Assembly (NCBI GenBank): GCA_046563655.1
Contig: CM102286.1
Span: forward strand, 13,144,001-13,208,000
Source of the DNA: Yuukianura sp. NJ FZ-2021
Taxonomy: Eukaryota
Direction of reading: 5' to 3'
Length of the DNA: 64,000 nucleotides
Position numbers and translations under genes: made by a program. Positions 1 through 11,680 of the stretch are shown piece by piece. Below the pieces are notes generated by a model that saw only the letters and a list, made by a program, of their open reading frames with translations, did no database searches and was not told where the DNA came from. Numbering within the stretch: the first letter of the stretch is position 1; each line of letters starts with the position of its first letter.

Positions 1-1742
1 GTGAGTAGCACATGCAGAATAATTAAAATCATCATCACCATTCACAATCTAGGATTTGAGTCCACTAAGGGCTCAAATTACTTAACTATTAGTTTGGTTA
101 GTGCAGATTCGGAAGCATTAGGACATAACCTGTTTCAGAATACTGGCGGAAGTATCGGGATACTTTGGCGGGAAGTTGGTTTTGGCGGGTAATGATCATG
201 GAAGGAAGTGAGACCAGGTTTCTGGTTTTAATTGTCCAGGAAATAATGAACATTAACATTGGAAATGGGTCCATAAACATCTACGGAAATGTTAGAGAAA
301 GTTTGAAAAACAGGAAACAACAGCTAGAATTAGGTTATAAAGTAAGGTTAGGTAAGTTTAACTTAGGGTTTTGGTTAAGAGGAAACTGCAGATGAAAAGT
401 TGTGGTGAAAGAGTCATTAGTATTTACGGTTTATTACAATTTTTGGGTTCTGTTTGTTCCAGAACGTAAATTTTCGAGGAGAAAGCGGTGACAGACTTTT
501 GGGGTTCGGTGGCGGGTATTTGTGGAGCCTTTTGTGTCCCTGCTGTGTTTTATCCTCAAACTTTTTCAAACTTAAGGGCTCCTAATGCATGTCATCTATC
601 AACGCTTCTTGTAAGGATTTAATACCACCACTACCGACCAACCACCTTTACCATCATCAAGTACAAAAGAAAAGGCTTAGATGCTAGGAATACTGGTGCT
701 GGAGCGCTGGAAGACGCAAAATCGCTGGATTCCTCCAGCTCCATTTCCGTTTCAATGCTGGCCAGATGAATTTTGCCAAAGTTTACCTCAACAACGCTTG
801 ACTCGATGCCAAAAACGTTGGACTTGGAGAAAAAATTCAATGAAAAAAAAACTAGTAGAAGAAGTAGAGGATTTTATTTTTCGAGGTGGGATTAGTTTTG
901 GTTTTTTAGTGGAAAGAAGTTCGTTTTTTGAAAAGCTTTTGTTACGAAGTGGAACTCAATTTTTGTTCAATTTTTTTTTCGACTTGTCGAAATTTTTCTA
1001 AAGTCTCCCTACCATATCACTTTTCCATTTTTTGGTTCATTTGTTATAAACTAGTGACCAGAAATATGATAGCCTGGTTCTGACATTCTCATTTTTTCTA
1101 TTCTTTGTTTTATAAATTCCGCTTTAGATTCTTTCTTGTTTTCAATGCGAAACTAAAATTCTTCACAAAAAAAAGTTGAGAGCTTTTGGGTGAAAGTGAA
1201 AGTTGTGGATAAATGACATTTCATCGAATCCTATGCAGAGTCCAGTCCAACCTTGTGAAATACTTTGGTAGAACTTAAGTAGTCAGGCTATTAGTTAGTT
1301 ATCTGTGCAAATAAACAATATAAGTGTTTTATAGTCATTACTATTAGTTGATGGAATTGATAATTAAAATTAGGGTAATTGATTTGATCAAGTTTATCGA
1401 ATGACGATTACGCTCCATCTAGTGAAAATAAAGTGGAAACCAACCCAATTTTTTATACGCGGGAAAAAAAATTTAGATTTGAATAGAAAACTTTTTGTTT
1501 TGTTTGTTGATTGTCAAAATGTTTGGATTTTTTAAGTGGAGATTTTCAAACAGCTGTTTTCGACGATTTTTAATCAATTTGTAGAACTGAATTGTTAGTC
1601 TACCTAATTAATTTATCGTGTGAACGGTATACTGCATCGGTAGGAAGGTGGTTTCAAAGATTTCTCACTCCGGCTCGCGCATCAACGAAACTGCAATACA
1701 GACTGAACGGGAACCACGATCGATTACTGAATTCCGCGGAAG

Positions 1743-2423
1743 GTAAGATGTAATTTCTGTATTTGTAGACTTAGTTTAGCATGAAATTGGCACTGCCATT
1801 GAAATGAAAGCCAGTAGAAATCCTTGCTTCGTCAATTCGTTTGAATGACACCGTTCATCCAGAGTTCGGCACTTCTGCTGCGCTCCCAAACACGCGATCC
1901 CCGATCTTCTGGCCTTACCCCGCGATCTTACCCTCTGCGATCCCCGATCTTTGAGCCTACCCCGCGATCTGACCCGATCCAGTCAGGGGAGAGAAGGATC
2001 GCTGCTTCCGATCCCCGATCCCCATGCTGTTAACATTAGGATCGGGGATCGGGATCGCCAGAAGATCGCAAAATACCTTGCGCTCCCTTGCATCCGATCC
2101 CCGATCTTTTTCAAAAGATCGGAGAGCGGCGCTCCCCGTTCCCAAAAGTGGGATCGGAGATCGCGGGATCGCTGTGCAGGGATCGCGTAAGTGCCGAACT
2201 ATGCGTTCATCCATGTATCGAGTTTGGAGTTTGTCATAATGTGTACGATAACTTATGTAGTAAAGTAAGTAAAGTAACTGCGGGCAGGTTAGGAAGTGCC
2301 GAATGGCGACGTAATTTAATCGAAATCGCGCGACGTAGGAGGGTCAATCTCAATACCATTGGGTTTACGTTTCTCTACGAAAGATGGAAGTTAACTAACA
2401 ACCCGTGTCTGATTCGATTTCAG
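1743..2423 (+). other. Putative 5'UTR intron of NGLY1 (contains the MITE)
   Basis: AG|GTAAG donor at 1743, CTAAC branch point at 2395-2399 and TTTCAG acceptor ending at 2423, 98 nt upstream of the NGLY1 ATG. Confidence 0.55.
1860..2203. mobile_element. Non-autonomous DNA transposon (MITE), hAT- or P-like, 344 bp
   Basis: 15-bp terminal inverted repeats: CAGAGTTCGGCACTT (1860-1874) and AAGTGCCGAACTATG (2189-2203), 1 mismatch. Perfect 8-bp direct flanks CGTTCATC at 1852-1859 and 2204-2211. The GC-rich interior is filled with CGATCC/GGATCG motifs in both orientations and encodes no transposase. 8-bp TSDs with CA..TG ends are typical of the hAT and P superfamilies. Confidence 0.85.
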
Positions 2424-2521
2424 TTATCCGATTCCGAGCAAATTCTGCAGCGAGACGAGTGCAACCGGAAGTTAGACATTACAAAGACAAGCTTTAAGAA
2501 TCGGACAACTGAAATCTAATC

Positions 2522-4303
2522 ATGTCACGCGCCTCTGGTTCCCGATCACAACTGCAAAGTGTTCAGGAAGACAGGATTCAACAACAGTTGATGGGATTAG
2601 TAACCGCCTTTTCGCAATACGAAATTAAGCGTAACAGGGAACTTGCCTTGAAGGTTGTCCCTATAGCCGACTTGACGCAAATTGCCGAAGCTAAGCAAAT
2701 TAGTTCTGCTGATGCTGGCAATACTGGTCCAGATCTGACTCGGGACTTCCTATTACTCGAACTACTTCGGTGGTTCAAGGAAGACTTTTTTACATGGATG
2801 GACAAGCCAAAGTGCCCTCGTTGTTCCAAAGTGGCAGATAAGCCAGTATTTGGCAACGGCCAGGATATTCCGACTCCCAATGAAGTTTTGAATTCCGCCA
2901 GTCGAGTTGAAGTTTATTCTTGTTCCGCTTGTGCTGCTGAAGGGTTTGACCAAATTGTTCGGTTTCCAAGATACAACAATCCAGTGGTTCTACTTCAAAC
3001 TAGAACAGGAAGATGTGGAGAGTGGGCCAATTGTTTTGCCTTAATTTGTCGTGCGATGGACTTCGAAGTTCGTCATGTCACAGAGTGGTCAGATCATGTT
3101 TGGGTAGAAGTTTATTCATCTGCACAAAAACGTTGGTTACATTGTGATCCATGCGAGAACAAATGTGATACTCCGCTGCTCTATGAATCTGGATGGGGCA
3201 AGAAGATTTCTTACGTCATAGCAGTTTCTCATGATGACATTCAAGATGTGACATGGAAGTACTCGCATAGCGACAATCATAAGGTCGTCAGAAGCAGACG
3301 GTATTTAGTACGAGAGGCATGGTTACTCAATACTATCATGGATTTGAGGAAGAAGCTTCAGCTGAATTGCGGACCTGATAGACAAAAGATCTTAGAAGAA
3401 CGACTCATTGCAGAACTAGTTGAATTCATGAGTCCTACGAAAACTGAAGTTCAAAATGAAGGATTAGGCGGTCGCGAATCGGGTTCTTTGGCATGGCGAT
3501 TGGCCAGACAGGAAATCCGAGCTGACGAAGTACAAACCCCGACTCAATTGAAGACTACAACTTTCGCATGGAAAATTACTCCCGACATGTCAGACAAATA
3601 TGACAATGCTGTTCAATTCTTCTACGACGCAGCCGAAGATCAGTACTATATTGGTCGGGACGACAAAAGAGAATGTCAAGGAAAAGGCTGGCGATCTAAT
3701 TCATTTGAGGCTAAAAACATTACGAGAAAGGAAGAAAACGATTGGAAGATGGTATACTTGGCACGATCAGGTTTGGGAATATCGTTATTTGAACGTATTT
3801 AACATCTTACAGAAGTCTTATTGAAATAATTTAGAGAACAATCCATCCCAAGATGGAGAAATTTCATGGAAGTTTGACGTCGAGGATATGCCGCTCAATA
3901 TAAACTCGGTACAGCTCCAAATTCCATGCGCAACATTCCATCCTTCAGCGTCCATTTGGGTTGCAGTTCAAACTAGCACAGGAGTACTGAGAAGTATTCC
4001 AAGTAAGTTCGTCCACCTTTCAGAATTTGTTCAGTTTTTCATCATGTTTTCTGTCTCGTAGTCTCGGCGTTTCAAAATGACTGCTGTATCTACACATTTC
4101 GACTGAAACCGGAAGTTCGTTGGTTTATCATCTCCTGCCACATGAGTGGGGGAGCAGGCGACATTGCTTGGCAGCAAGCTCAACTGTTTCGAACATCTTT
4201 GAACAAAAACGACGGCTCGGCTGTTACACCTTTTCTTACATTGACATTAACCAAATCTGTCGATGAAAGGATTTACGAAGGTGATGGTAGCCACACAGTG
4301 TAG
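2522..4303 (+). CDS. NGLY1: Peptide:N-glycanase (PNGase); exons 2522-3770, 3835-4002, 4062-4303
   Basis: Translation shows LLRWFKEDFFTW, two Zn-binding CXXC motifs (CPRC, CSAC), RFPRYNNP, catalytic GRCGEWANCF / DHVWVEVYS / HCDPCE and YESGWGKK. The C-terminal PAW domain includes EENDWKMVYLAR, GEISWKFD and GGAGDIAWQQAQLFR. GT-AG introns keep the frame through to TAG at 4301-4303. Confidence 0.95.
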
Positions 4304-4593
4304 CCACCCCGTCCATCTTTTGTGGCTACACCTTGATGGCAACATGTATCCACATTAACCTAACGTGGCAACCGAGCGGCTACAACAACTTCGTTAAACC
4401 TTACTCCAACCAAATTCAAAATAAATTAAGATTTTTAATGTGCATTAGTCAGTGATTAGCAGCGGTGGTTTAAAATTATTAGCAGTCATGAAGTGGCAAG
4501 TGACGATGAGCTTGTGTGTCATGCTTCGTGCGACTAGGTTTCTTAGATTGTCGGCTGTTGTGCGAGGACGGTTCGCTGATAATTACTAATTAC

Positions 4594-7500
4594 TTAAAAC
4601 AAATCAAACTTGAGTCTCTGAATAGATTCCACGAGGGATCTGAAAGTTGGTCTGTTTAGCGGGTTGAGTTCCCAGCAAGGTAACATCAACTGTGTGTAGA
4701 CACTTTGTGGACAGGATTCTGGACATGGTAGGCGAATCCCAGTTTTGAGGCTGTGCACCATGTCGTCTGAACTCGCAGGTTCCGTTTCTCCAGCTAAATC
4801 CTGTCCGAGTCCAGGCAGAATAGGGTCTCCTCCGTTAGAGAATATTTCGAATACAGTTACTCCAAAAGACCAAATGTCCGATTGTTCCGAGAATCTTCCG
4901 AATTCGATACTTTCCGGTGGATACCTAGGAGTTCCAAATTGAACAACTTCAACTTATTACTTGGCACTTTTACTTACTACTAAGATGAACATCTTAGTTG
5001 AGTAAGTTTCTTACCATTTGATTGGAAAGTGTCTTCGTGTGCGTAAGGTATAACATTTATCGTTGTCAGTGACTCGAGCTAGTCCAAAATCCGATATTTT
5101 AACGAGGTCATCAGCTGCTACAAGCAGATTTCGGGCAGCCAGGTCTCGATGGACGATATTATTCCCACTCAAGTACTCCATTCCCTACAATTTTAAAAGT
5201 TTTAACATTAGGTGAATTGAATCACGCCAATATTGACAGTCGACAGTAGTAATGAGAACTTCGACATTTACAATCCTGAACGTAGCAGAATTACCTCAGC
5301 AACATCTTGTGTAAATTTCAGTAACTGACGACTGTTGAGCCTTTGTGATGAATGGGTTTCGAAGTAGGCGATTAAGGAGCCCATAGGATAGTGTTCCATG
5401 ATTAGCAGTAGGTCTGGCTCGTACACAACTCCTTTCACTTCAACAATGTTTTGGTGACACAGTTTCTAATTAATCATATCAGTTATTTAGTTAACTAAAC
5501 CAACTCAGTAGTGAAGGATTCTGATTATCATTTGACACGAACCTGTAAGATTTCCAACTCCCTTCTAAAATCCATGGTAGCAGTGTCAAGACAATCCCGC
5601 TTCTCCTTTAACTTCTTGATTGCAATTACTTCCTTAAATCCATCACTTCTTACAATTTCGCCAAGGAAAACTTTACCGTAGAAACCCTGGTGAGAGTAAA
5701 ATTACTATTTCTGAAAATTAAGTTAGCAGTTTTAAGCTTACTACATACCTCTCCGATCGGTCTCCCAAGTGTTACTTGACTGTTTTTAAACTCGTAGATT
5801 CCAATAGCTGAACTGATTGAGTAGACCGTTCCAATACTTCCGTTTGTATAATCCGAAAATCCAGAAATTAGATCTGGCGAAGGAGAGCCATTCTGCGAAG
5901 ACAAATTATAAATCGAGTCCTGCAGAATTCGGTATTCATAGAGGGGTAGACGTGACATTCAAATTTTAGCAACACCAACCACGGGAACAACAGCAGCAAT
6001 ACAAAACATAAAAGCAACAAAAAAGGAACAAAACGTAATTAACATAAACTGGGACAGACGAAACAATGCAACTGAAATTAATTGATCAGGTTTAAAACGA
6101 AATGATTCTTACTGCGTCAAGCCATGTTGCTTGTGTGTTTCGACTGTGATGTGACCCCGAATGTATTGAAAGTTCTTGGATGAAAGTACTTAGGGTTCCA
6201 TCGGAGTGACTGTTTAAATGTGCTGGATCTGAGCCAAATGTTGTCCAGTTGAAATTGTCTATAATATCTAAAGCACTGGTGTTTGTAGAGTTAGATTGAG
6301 ATGTTCCAGCTTCACTTGATGGTGGAGATACGACACTATAAGAATGCGCTCTCTTCGAACCAATCACTAAATCAGACAAAATCAATTAGATAGGATCAAT
6401 TAGTTCCGATTTGACATTTGATTGAAGTTTCTTACGTTGGTACAAAATTTGATGAATATCTCGAACGATTGCTTGCGGTTGTTTTCTTGCATCAGGCATT
6501 TGGGCCCAGCATTCAGATATGATGCGTAGGATTGCTGATGGACAATTTTCGGGTGGAGGCAGCCTCCAACCTCCGAGATATTTCTAAATTGATACAAAAA
6601 TTGAAATTTTCAAGTTATACTGCCAGCATCTTGATTATGCTGGGTTATGGAAAGATGCTTACAGATTTATACATAGAGGTGGACATATCAGCTGATGGTT
6701 TAGCTCCATAGGAAAATACTTCCCACAAGGTTGTTCCAACTGCCCAAACGTCTGCTGTCACAAACTTCTTTGACAGGCCAGGAATTTCAAAGAATTCGGG
6801 CGGTATCCAGTGAATGCTAGCAGAATCAGAATTCGTTAAAAATACTTCGAGGTTGTAATTTTTATAAGCATTCGTTTTTTCCTTTCGTTAACTCACTCGT
6901 TTTCTGACGTGTTGGAAATACTCGGGTCGGCTAACTTCACAACCAAGCCGTTTTCGTTATGCTCAAAGACAAGAACGTTATGACATCGAATATTTCCATG
7001 AACTATTCCGTGATCCTCCTTCAAAAAAGTATGATTTTAGATTAAAATTAGTCATGATTTCTGAAATTTTGTCACTTACAAGGAACCAGACTGCTTTACT
7101 AATATGACTCGCAGCTTCAATTAGTTCTGGTGTGGATACATTTAAGTTGTGTTCTTCCAAGTACAGATCCAAAGGTCCATAAGGCATCCATTCCAGTACC
7201 AATGCTTGAGGATTTCCAAGCACAACGCCTTTCAAGGCCACTAAAGATTCACACTGCCACAGCACACATTGATTTGCGATTTCAAGTAAATCCTAAATAG
7301 AACGAACATAGGTTAGCATTTGAAAGTTTAAAGTTCAATATTCATGGTTTTTCATGGCGGGTGCTAACCTTAGTATGACTTTCTTCATACTCTTTCTTCA
7401 GTAGCTTGAGTGCTACGTTTATAGTCGAGACTCTGTTCTGCCTCCAAGTGGCCTTGATGACTTTGCATAGTTTTCCTTCAAATTCAAACTTTTTGCCACG

Positions 7501-9288
7501 GTAGTACTGGAGGCTTCCGGGGTTTATAACTTGTGTTGCATGTCCTCCGTTATCAACTGACGAGGAAGCATGGAGCTTGAGGTTGTCCAGCCCACGTACA
7601 GGGCGACATAAGAGCAAAGGAGAACGATCTAGAAAATCAAAATCCACTATGAGTAGGAAGTATAGGCCGAATAGTTTTAGCAATTGACCAATGATCTACC
7701 ATATTCGGAAGGTGGGAGACAGTCTTTGATGAAAAATTCGGGAGTTGGATTTGCAATGTAGTAGGATATGAGCTCAGCTATGGTGTTGAATTCCTGTGAG
7801 TCTTTTTCCAACTTCAATTTTCCAGTTTCCGTGTTAACTTTTACTTCTCTTGTTTGCGGTCTATTCCTACGAATATAATTTCCATTTACTTTTGATTCTT
7901 TTGATCTTGATATAAGTAAGGTGTTGGATATAGGATATGCTTTCATTCTTACTTGTCTTCGAGAATGTAATCGATGCAGTATTCGTCAAAGGAGTCCGAA
8001 CTTTGGCGTAAAATGAACCATCCCCTCTTAGCGCTGGGGTGTGTTGACAATTTTTGATATGAGAATCGAGCACTAGGGTAACAAAAAAGTTTAAGTTTAA
8101 AGTTAAGTGCAGCAGGTTTTGGCTTCAGATTTAAACGTACCCAACTGGTCCATGACATTTGAGCAGCCGAAGTTTTGTTAACGAAGGTGTGAATACATCT
8201 TTGCATAAATTGAAAGTCCATTTCTCAGTCAGACGATAGTAGCCATCCAGCAACGCTACGAAGGAATTAGCAGCGGCAAGGGTATTGAACTTGAAGCTTA
8301 TCGGGATTCCGTTTTTCCTCGAGATCTCCACTGTACAGTCTTCTCTCATGGAGATGAAACACAACTCTTCAATTGTGCACAATTGCTCCCACTGAAATTA
8401 GAAAAGAAAAAAGATAGCTACGTTTATACTGAAAAAGTGAAGAGTTTCCATATCTTACGTTTTGTTTTCCAATATAAGCCATGGAAATTCCTGGACTGTC
8501 TTTATGTAAAGGATCCACCCGCACTGTAGTCGGGAACTCTTCTCCTTTAAACGTCATTGCTGAGAACTCTTCCGTTAGATAACTGGAAGCAGTATCTTCA
8601 GCATGACTCATGTACTGTTCCTTGATGTACTTGACACTAATGTTTTCTGTAGGTGCATCGGCTGGGAGTATCTTATAGATGTGATCATGCAGTTTCTTTT
8701 TGAGAAAGAGGAAGTGCTGCCTGTAAATGCTTTTCGGGATGTAGTTTTGGTAGTGCTTCAAAACGTCTTCTCGAGTTCTTTTCTCTTCTAGAACGACTCG
8801 AATCATGTCTGTGACACACAAGCCAACAGTTTTCGGTTTGTTTACATCTTGACAAAATTCAGCGATTTGTCCATGTAAGAGATCATGTCGGATTTGATGA
8901 AAGACGTAGTCACCTGAGGACAGAAAAAAAAACGTTTTTTGATCGACTTTGAAATTGGATGGCTAAAATACGATAAATGTTTGGAAGTTTTCGTTTTACC
9001 TGCGTTTTCATCTAGTCGGGTTAGGCTAGTGAGCGAGGGCAGTCTAAATCTGAGTCGAAACTCAGTTTGGTAACTTTCTGTTGCGCAAAATTTGTAGTTA
9101 AGTGGTAACCAAGTGGTGTTGTTCTTCTGGATGAGACGAAGAGCAAAGAGGTGAAGGCATATTGGACGGAAGTCCAAGTCCTTAGCAACGGTTAAAATTA
9201 CTTCTTCGGCTGTCATCGGCGTCGGGAGGGGAACGTCTAAGCGTCTTTGTCCTTTGTACAGGAAAACGCTCACTCCACTGCTTTCCAT
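4594..9288 (-). CDS. hop: Janus tyrosine kinase (JAK/hopscotch orthologue). Exons approx. 9288-9000, 8913-8459, 8391-8141, 8072-7953, 7866-7700, 7628-7369, 7292-7080, 7018-6897, 6816-6663, 6583-6436, 6366-6113, 5919-5749, 5686-5543, 5465-5295, 5184-5015, 4924-4594
   Basis: The domain order is that of a JAK. FERM: LHLFALR, FRLRF, SFVALLDGYYRL. SH2-like: GWFILRQS. Pseudokinase: HGNIRCHNV, KLADP, WIPPE. Tyrosine kinase: IGEGFYGKV, IAIKKL, HRDLAARN, KISDFGLAR, SDIWSFGV, CWELNPLNRPTF. The spliced frame is continuous to TAA at 4594-4596. Confidence 0.93.
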
Positions 9289-9494
9289 TTCCTGAAAAAC
9301 CATAAGACCATAAGAGAAATTTAATTATTTGGAAAAATTAGCTGGTTTGATAAATTTTTCATTTGCACCGTAAAAACAAAGCCGAAGTTTCTATACATAA
9401 TGCTAAGCACTGTTCAACTTCAACACAAATGCTTCAAGTAATTGCTAACTCTGTTTTGACTTGTTTCAGAAACACTGGAAAGTACTGCTGAAGT

Positions 9495-10702
9495 ATGACT
9501 ACTATAGTGGCAGAAGATCCTGGTGCTGCCCACTGGTTTACTAGAATTGCTCAGCAACTATCGATTGTCACTGTCATCATTATAATCGCTGGCGGTTTAC
9601 TGACGTGTCTCCTCCTATTCATATTCGCCAAGCGACAAATTATGCGATTTGCACTGAGATCTCACCGTGGTCCGCACGTACCTTTTGGAACGGATGCAAA
9701 TAAAGTAAGTTGAATTGTAAATATTTCCTAGATGAAACCGATTGTCGCTGAATTTCAATTACTTTTTACCATAATAGGTTTGTGAAATATTTTTAAGGAA
9801 CGAGTTGAAGATTCCACTTTTCCTCATTTTTGCAAAACTATAAACACTATTTTTATGATCCATTGTTAAACATTTTTGTTTAAAAATTGAAACAGGCGTT
9901 ACGGAAAGAGATAATGCGAAGAATTGAAGCTCTGCCAAAAATTACTTATGAACCGAAGATGTTGCGTGAAGATGAATCGGAATTTGATTCTATGGATGAA
10001 GGCAATCAAGCTGGAAAAGTGAAGCCGTGTCACTACTATCGTATGAAAGCAATGGATAAGACGAAGAGTTTAGGTATTCGAATTAACTAATTTAAAGACC
10101 TAACTTGAATTCAAAACATAATGTTGGTCCTGTTTTTGCATGTTATAGAACAGAGCCTCATCATTCGCAAACTCGGGAAGCGCCAGTCGTTCGAAAGTTT
10201 GCGATCGTATCTTATGCTAATGTTTACCCCGCAAGTTGACCCAAGAATTATTCATCAATTTTGTGATCTCTACGAAGCGGCCCGCTTCAATCCTAAGTCA
10301 TTCTGGGAAGACGAATACAAAGTATTTACACAACTCCTCAAGCAACTAAGGACAGCGTAAGACACTTTTAGTAGTGTTCATGTAAACTGAACCTACAATT
10401 ACAATGGTTATCACGAGTTGTATAACGTTTGTAGAGTTAGCACTTTACAACCCAAAGCAAATAGGAGTCCAGCCAAGTCCAGCGCAAGTGTGTCCTTGAG
10501 CAAGAGTGCTGCTGCTACTGCTCTACAAGATGACAGCTTTTCAAAGAACGCACCTTATATGAGACGTTCATCAAAGGAAAGTCGGCGAGGAAGATGGAGT
10601 TTCCAGCGAAGTCAAACTGAGGAACAGGCGCTTTGTGAATCAGCTGCTTCACCTCCGCATGATATAATTACTTCCGGCAAAACAGCATCAACTGTAGTGT
10701 AG
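9495..10702 (+). CDS. C1orf43: NICE-3 family single-pass membrane protein; exons 9495-9704, 9896-10073, 10149-10356, 10435-10702
   Basis: An N-terminal transmembrane segment is followed by FIFAKRQIMRFALRSHRGPHVP, then I.YEP.ML, YYRMKAMD, LRSYL and YEAARF, which are NICE-3 family motifs. GT-AG introns preserve the frame. Confidence 0.88.
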
Positions 10703-11389
10703 ATATGATGACGGAAGGCGAACCAGAACGAAACGAGGTATGCAGTTTTACCATTCCGTAAATCTGATTAATAGACCACTAGAAATCCATTGATCCGGTT
10801 TTCATTCCCTAAATCATCAAGAAATGTTAAGATTTTGCTGAAATTTTAGTAGCATCCATACTTTTATATTTTTAAGCAATCAAGTAGAATCATTAACGCT
10901 ATTGGTTTGCTAAAGTGCTTACATTTCATTAACGCTAGCTCATCGTTGACTCGGCTCTTCTCGTAGGCGATGAACATGACGATGATTATGTCGGCCCGGG
11001 CAGATGTAGGAATTAGAAATTAGCGCTGTCAGAACAACTCTGCAAGTTTTGTGATATAATTATGAGTGCCGTAAAATTATGTCACCCTTAATTAAATCGA
11101 ATTAGTAATTAATTTAACTCTAAACTGCGTTTTTAAAAAATCTAGTGAAAACAACTGAATTCCAAAATTCCAATTTGTTCTGCTTTGTTTACATTTTTTA
11201 TGAACCACTCTGTAGAATTCTTAGCATTCAATGGGCATTCTGCATAGGTTTGAGTTATGTTATTTTTGGCTTTAGAACTCGCATAATCAAAACTTTAATG
11301 ATTTGGTGTGAAAATTTAACAATTTTTACTTAATTTGGTAATTTTTATATTAATTTTTAAGTGTACCACAATAATTAATTGGAAATTCA

Positions 11390-11680
11390 AGTAGATTGGG
11401 ATGCCCATATAGGATGGAGTGACATGGTGCTGTGCACGGCACCGTTAGTAAAACCGGCTTGTATTGGATTTTTGATTTTGAGCATTTGAATTTCGCGCTA
11501 CGATTTTAAAATTTGAAAAATCTCATTTTGTGTCATCATCTGTTGATTTGTTTATGAAAGGAAAAGCTAACGGACAAAACTTGCTTATTTTTTGCTGCCA
11601 ATTTCTTTCAGCAAATAGCGGAATTTTCTTAACCGCCATTTCGTTCGTCCAATCATTGCCATGCCTTCAACGATTTGAAT
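11390..11680 (+). promoter_or_regulatory. Putative G2/M-type promoter of cyclin B (CCAAT, Myb, E2F-like and CHR motifs)
   Basis: CCAAT boxes: ATTGG at 11395 and 11463, CCAAT at 11649. Myb-like sites: CCGTTA at 11442 and TAACGG at 11568. CHR-like TTTGAA at 11485, 11512 and 11674. E2F-like TTTCGCGC at 11491. A CAG|GTAAT donor follows at 11852. Confidence 0.45.

Noticed and set aside
1..1001. Short ORFs and exon-like GC-richer patches at the window start
   Set aside because: No consistent spliced frame or known motif could be assembled.
1845..2519. Five overlapping ORFs on both strands
   Set aside because: They are a by-product of the GC-rich, stop-poor MITE and show no transposase motifs.
2578..2953. 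Antisense ORFs within NGLY1 (and similar ones in JAK, cyclin B, caspase and FPPS)
   Set aside because: They are shadow ORFs of the real coding exons.
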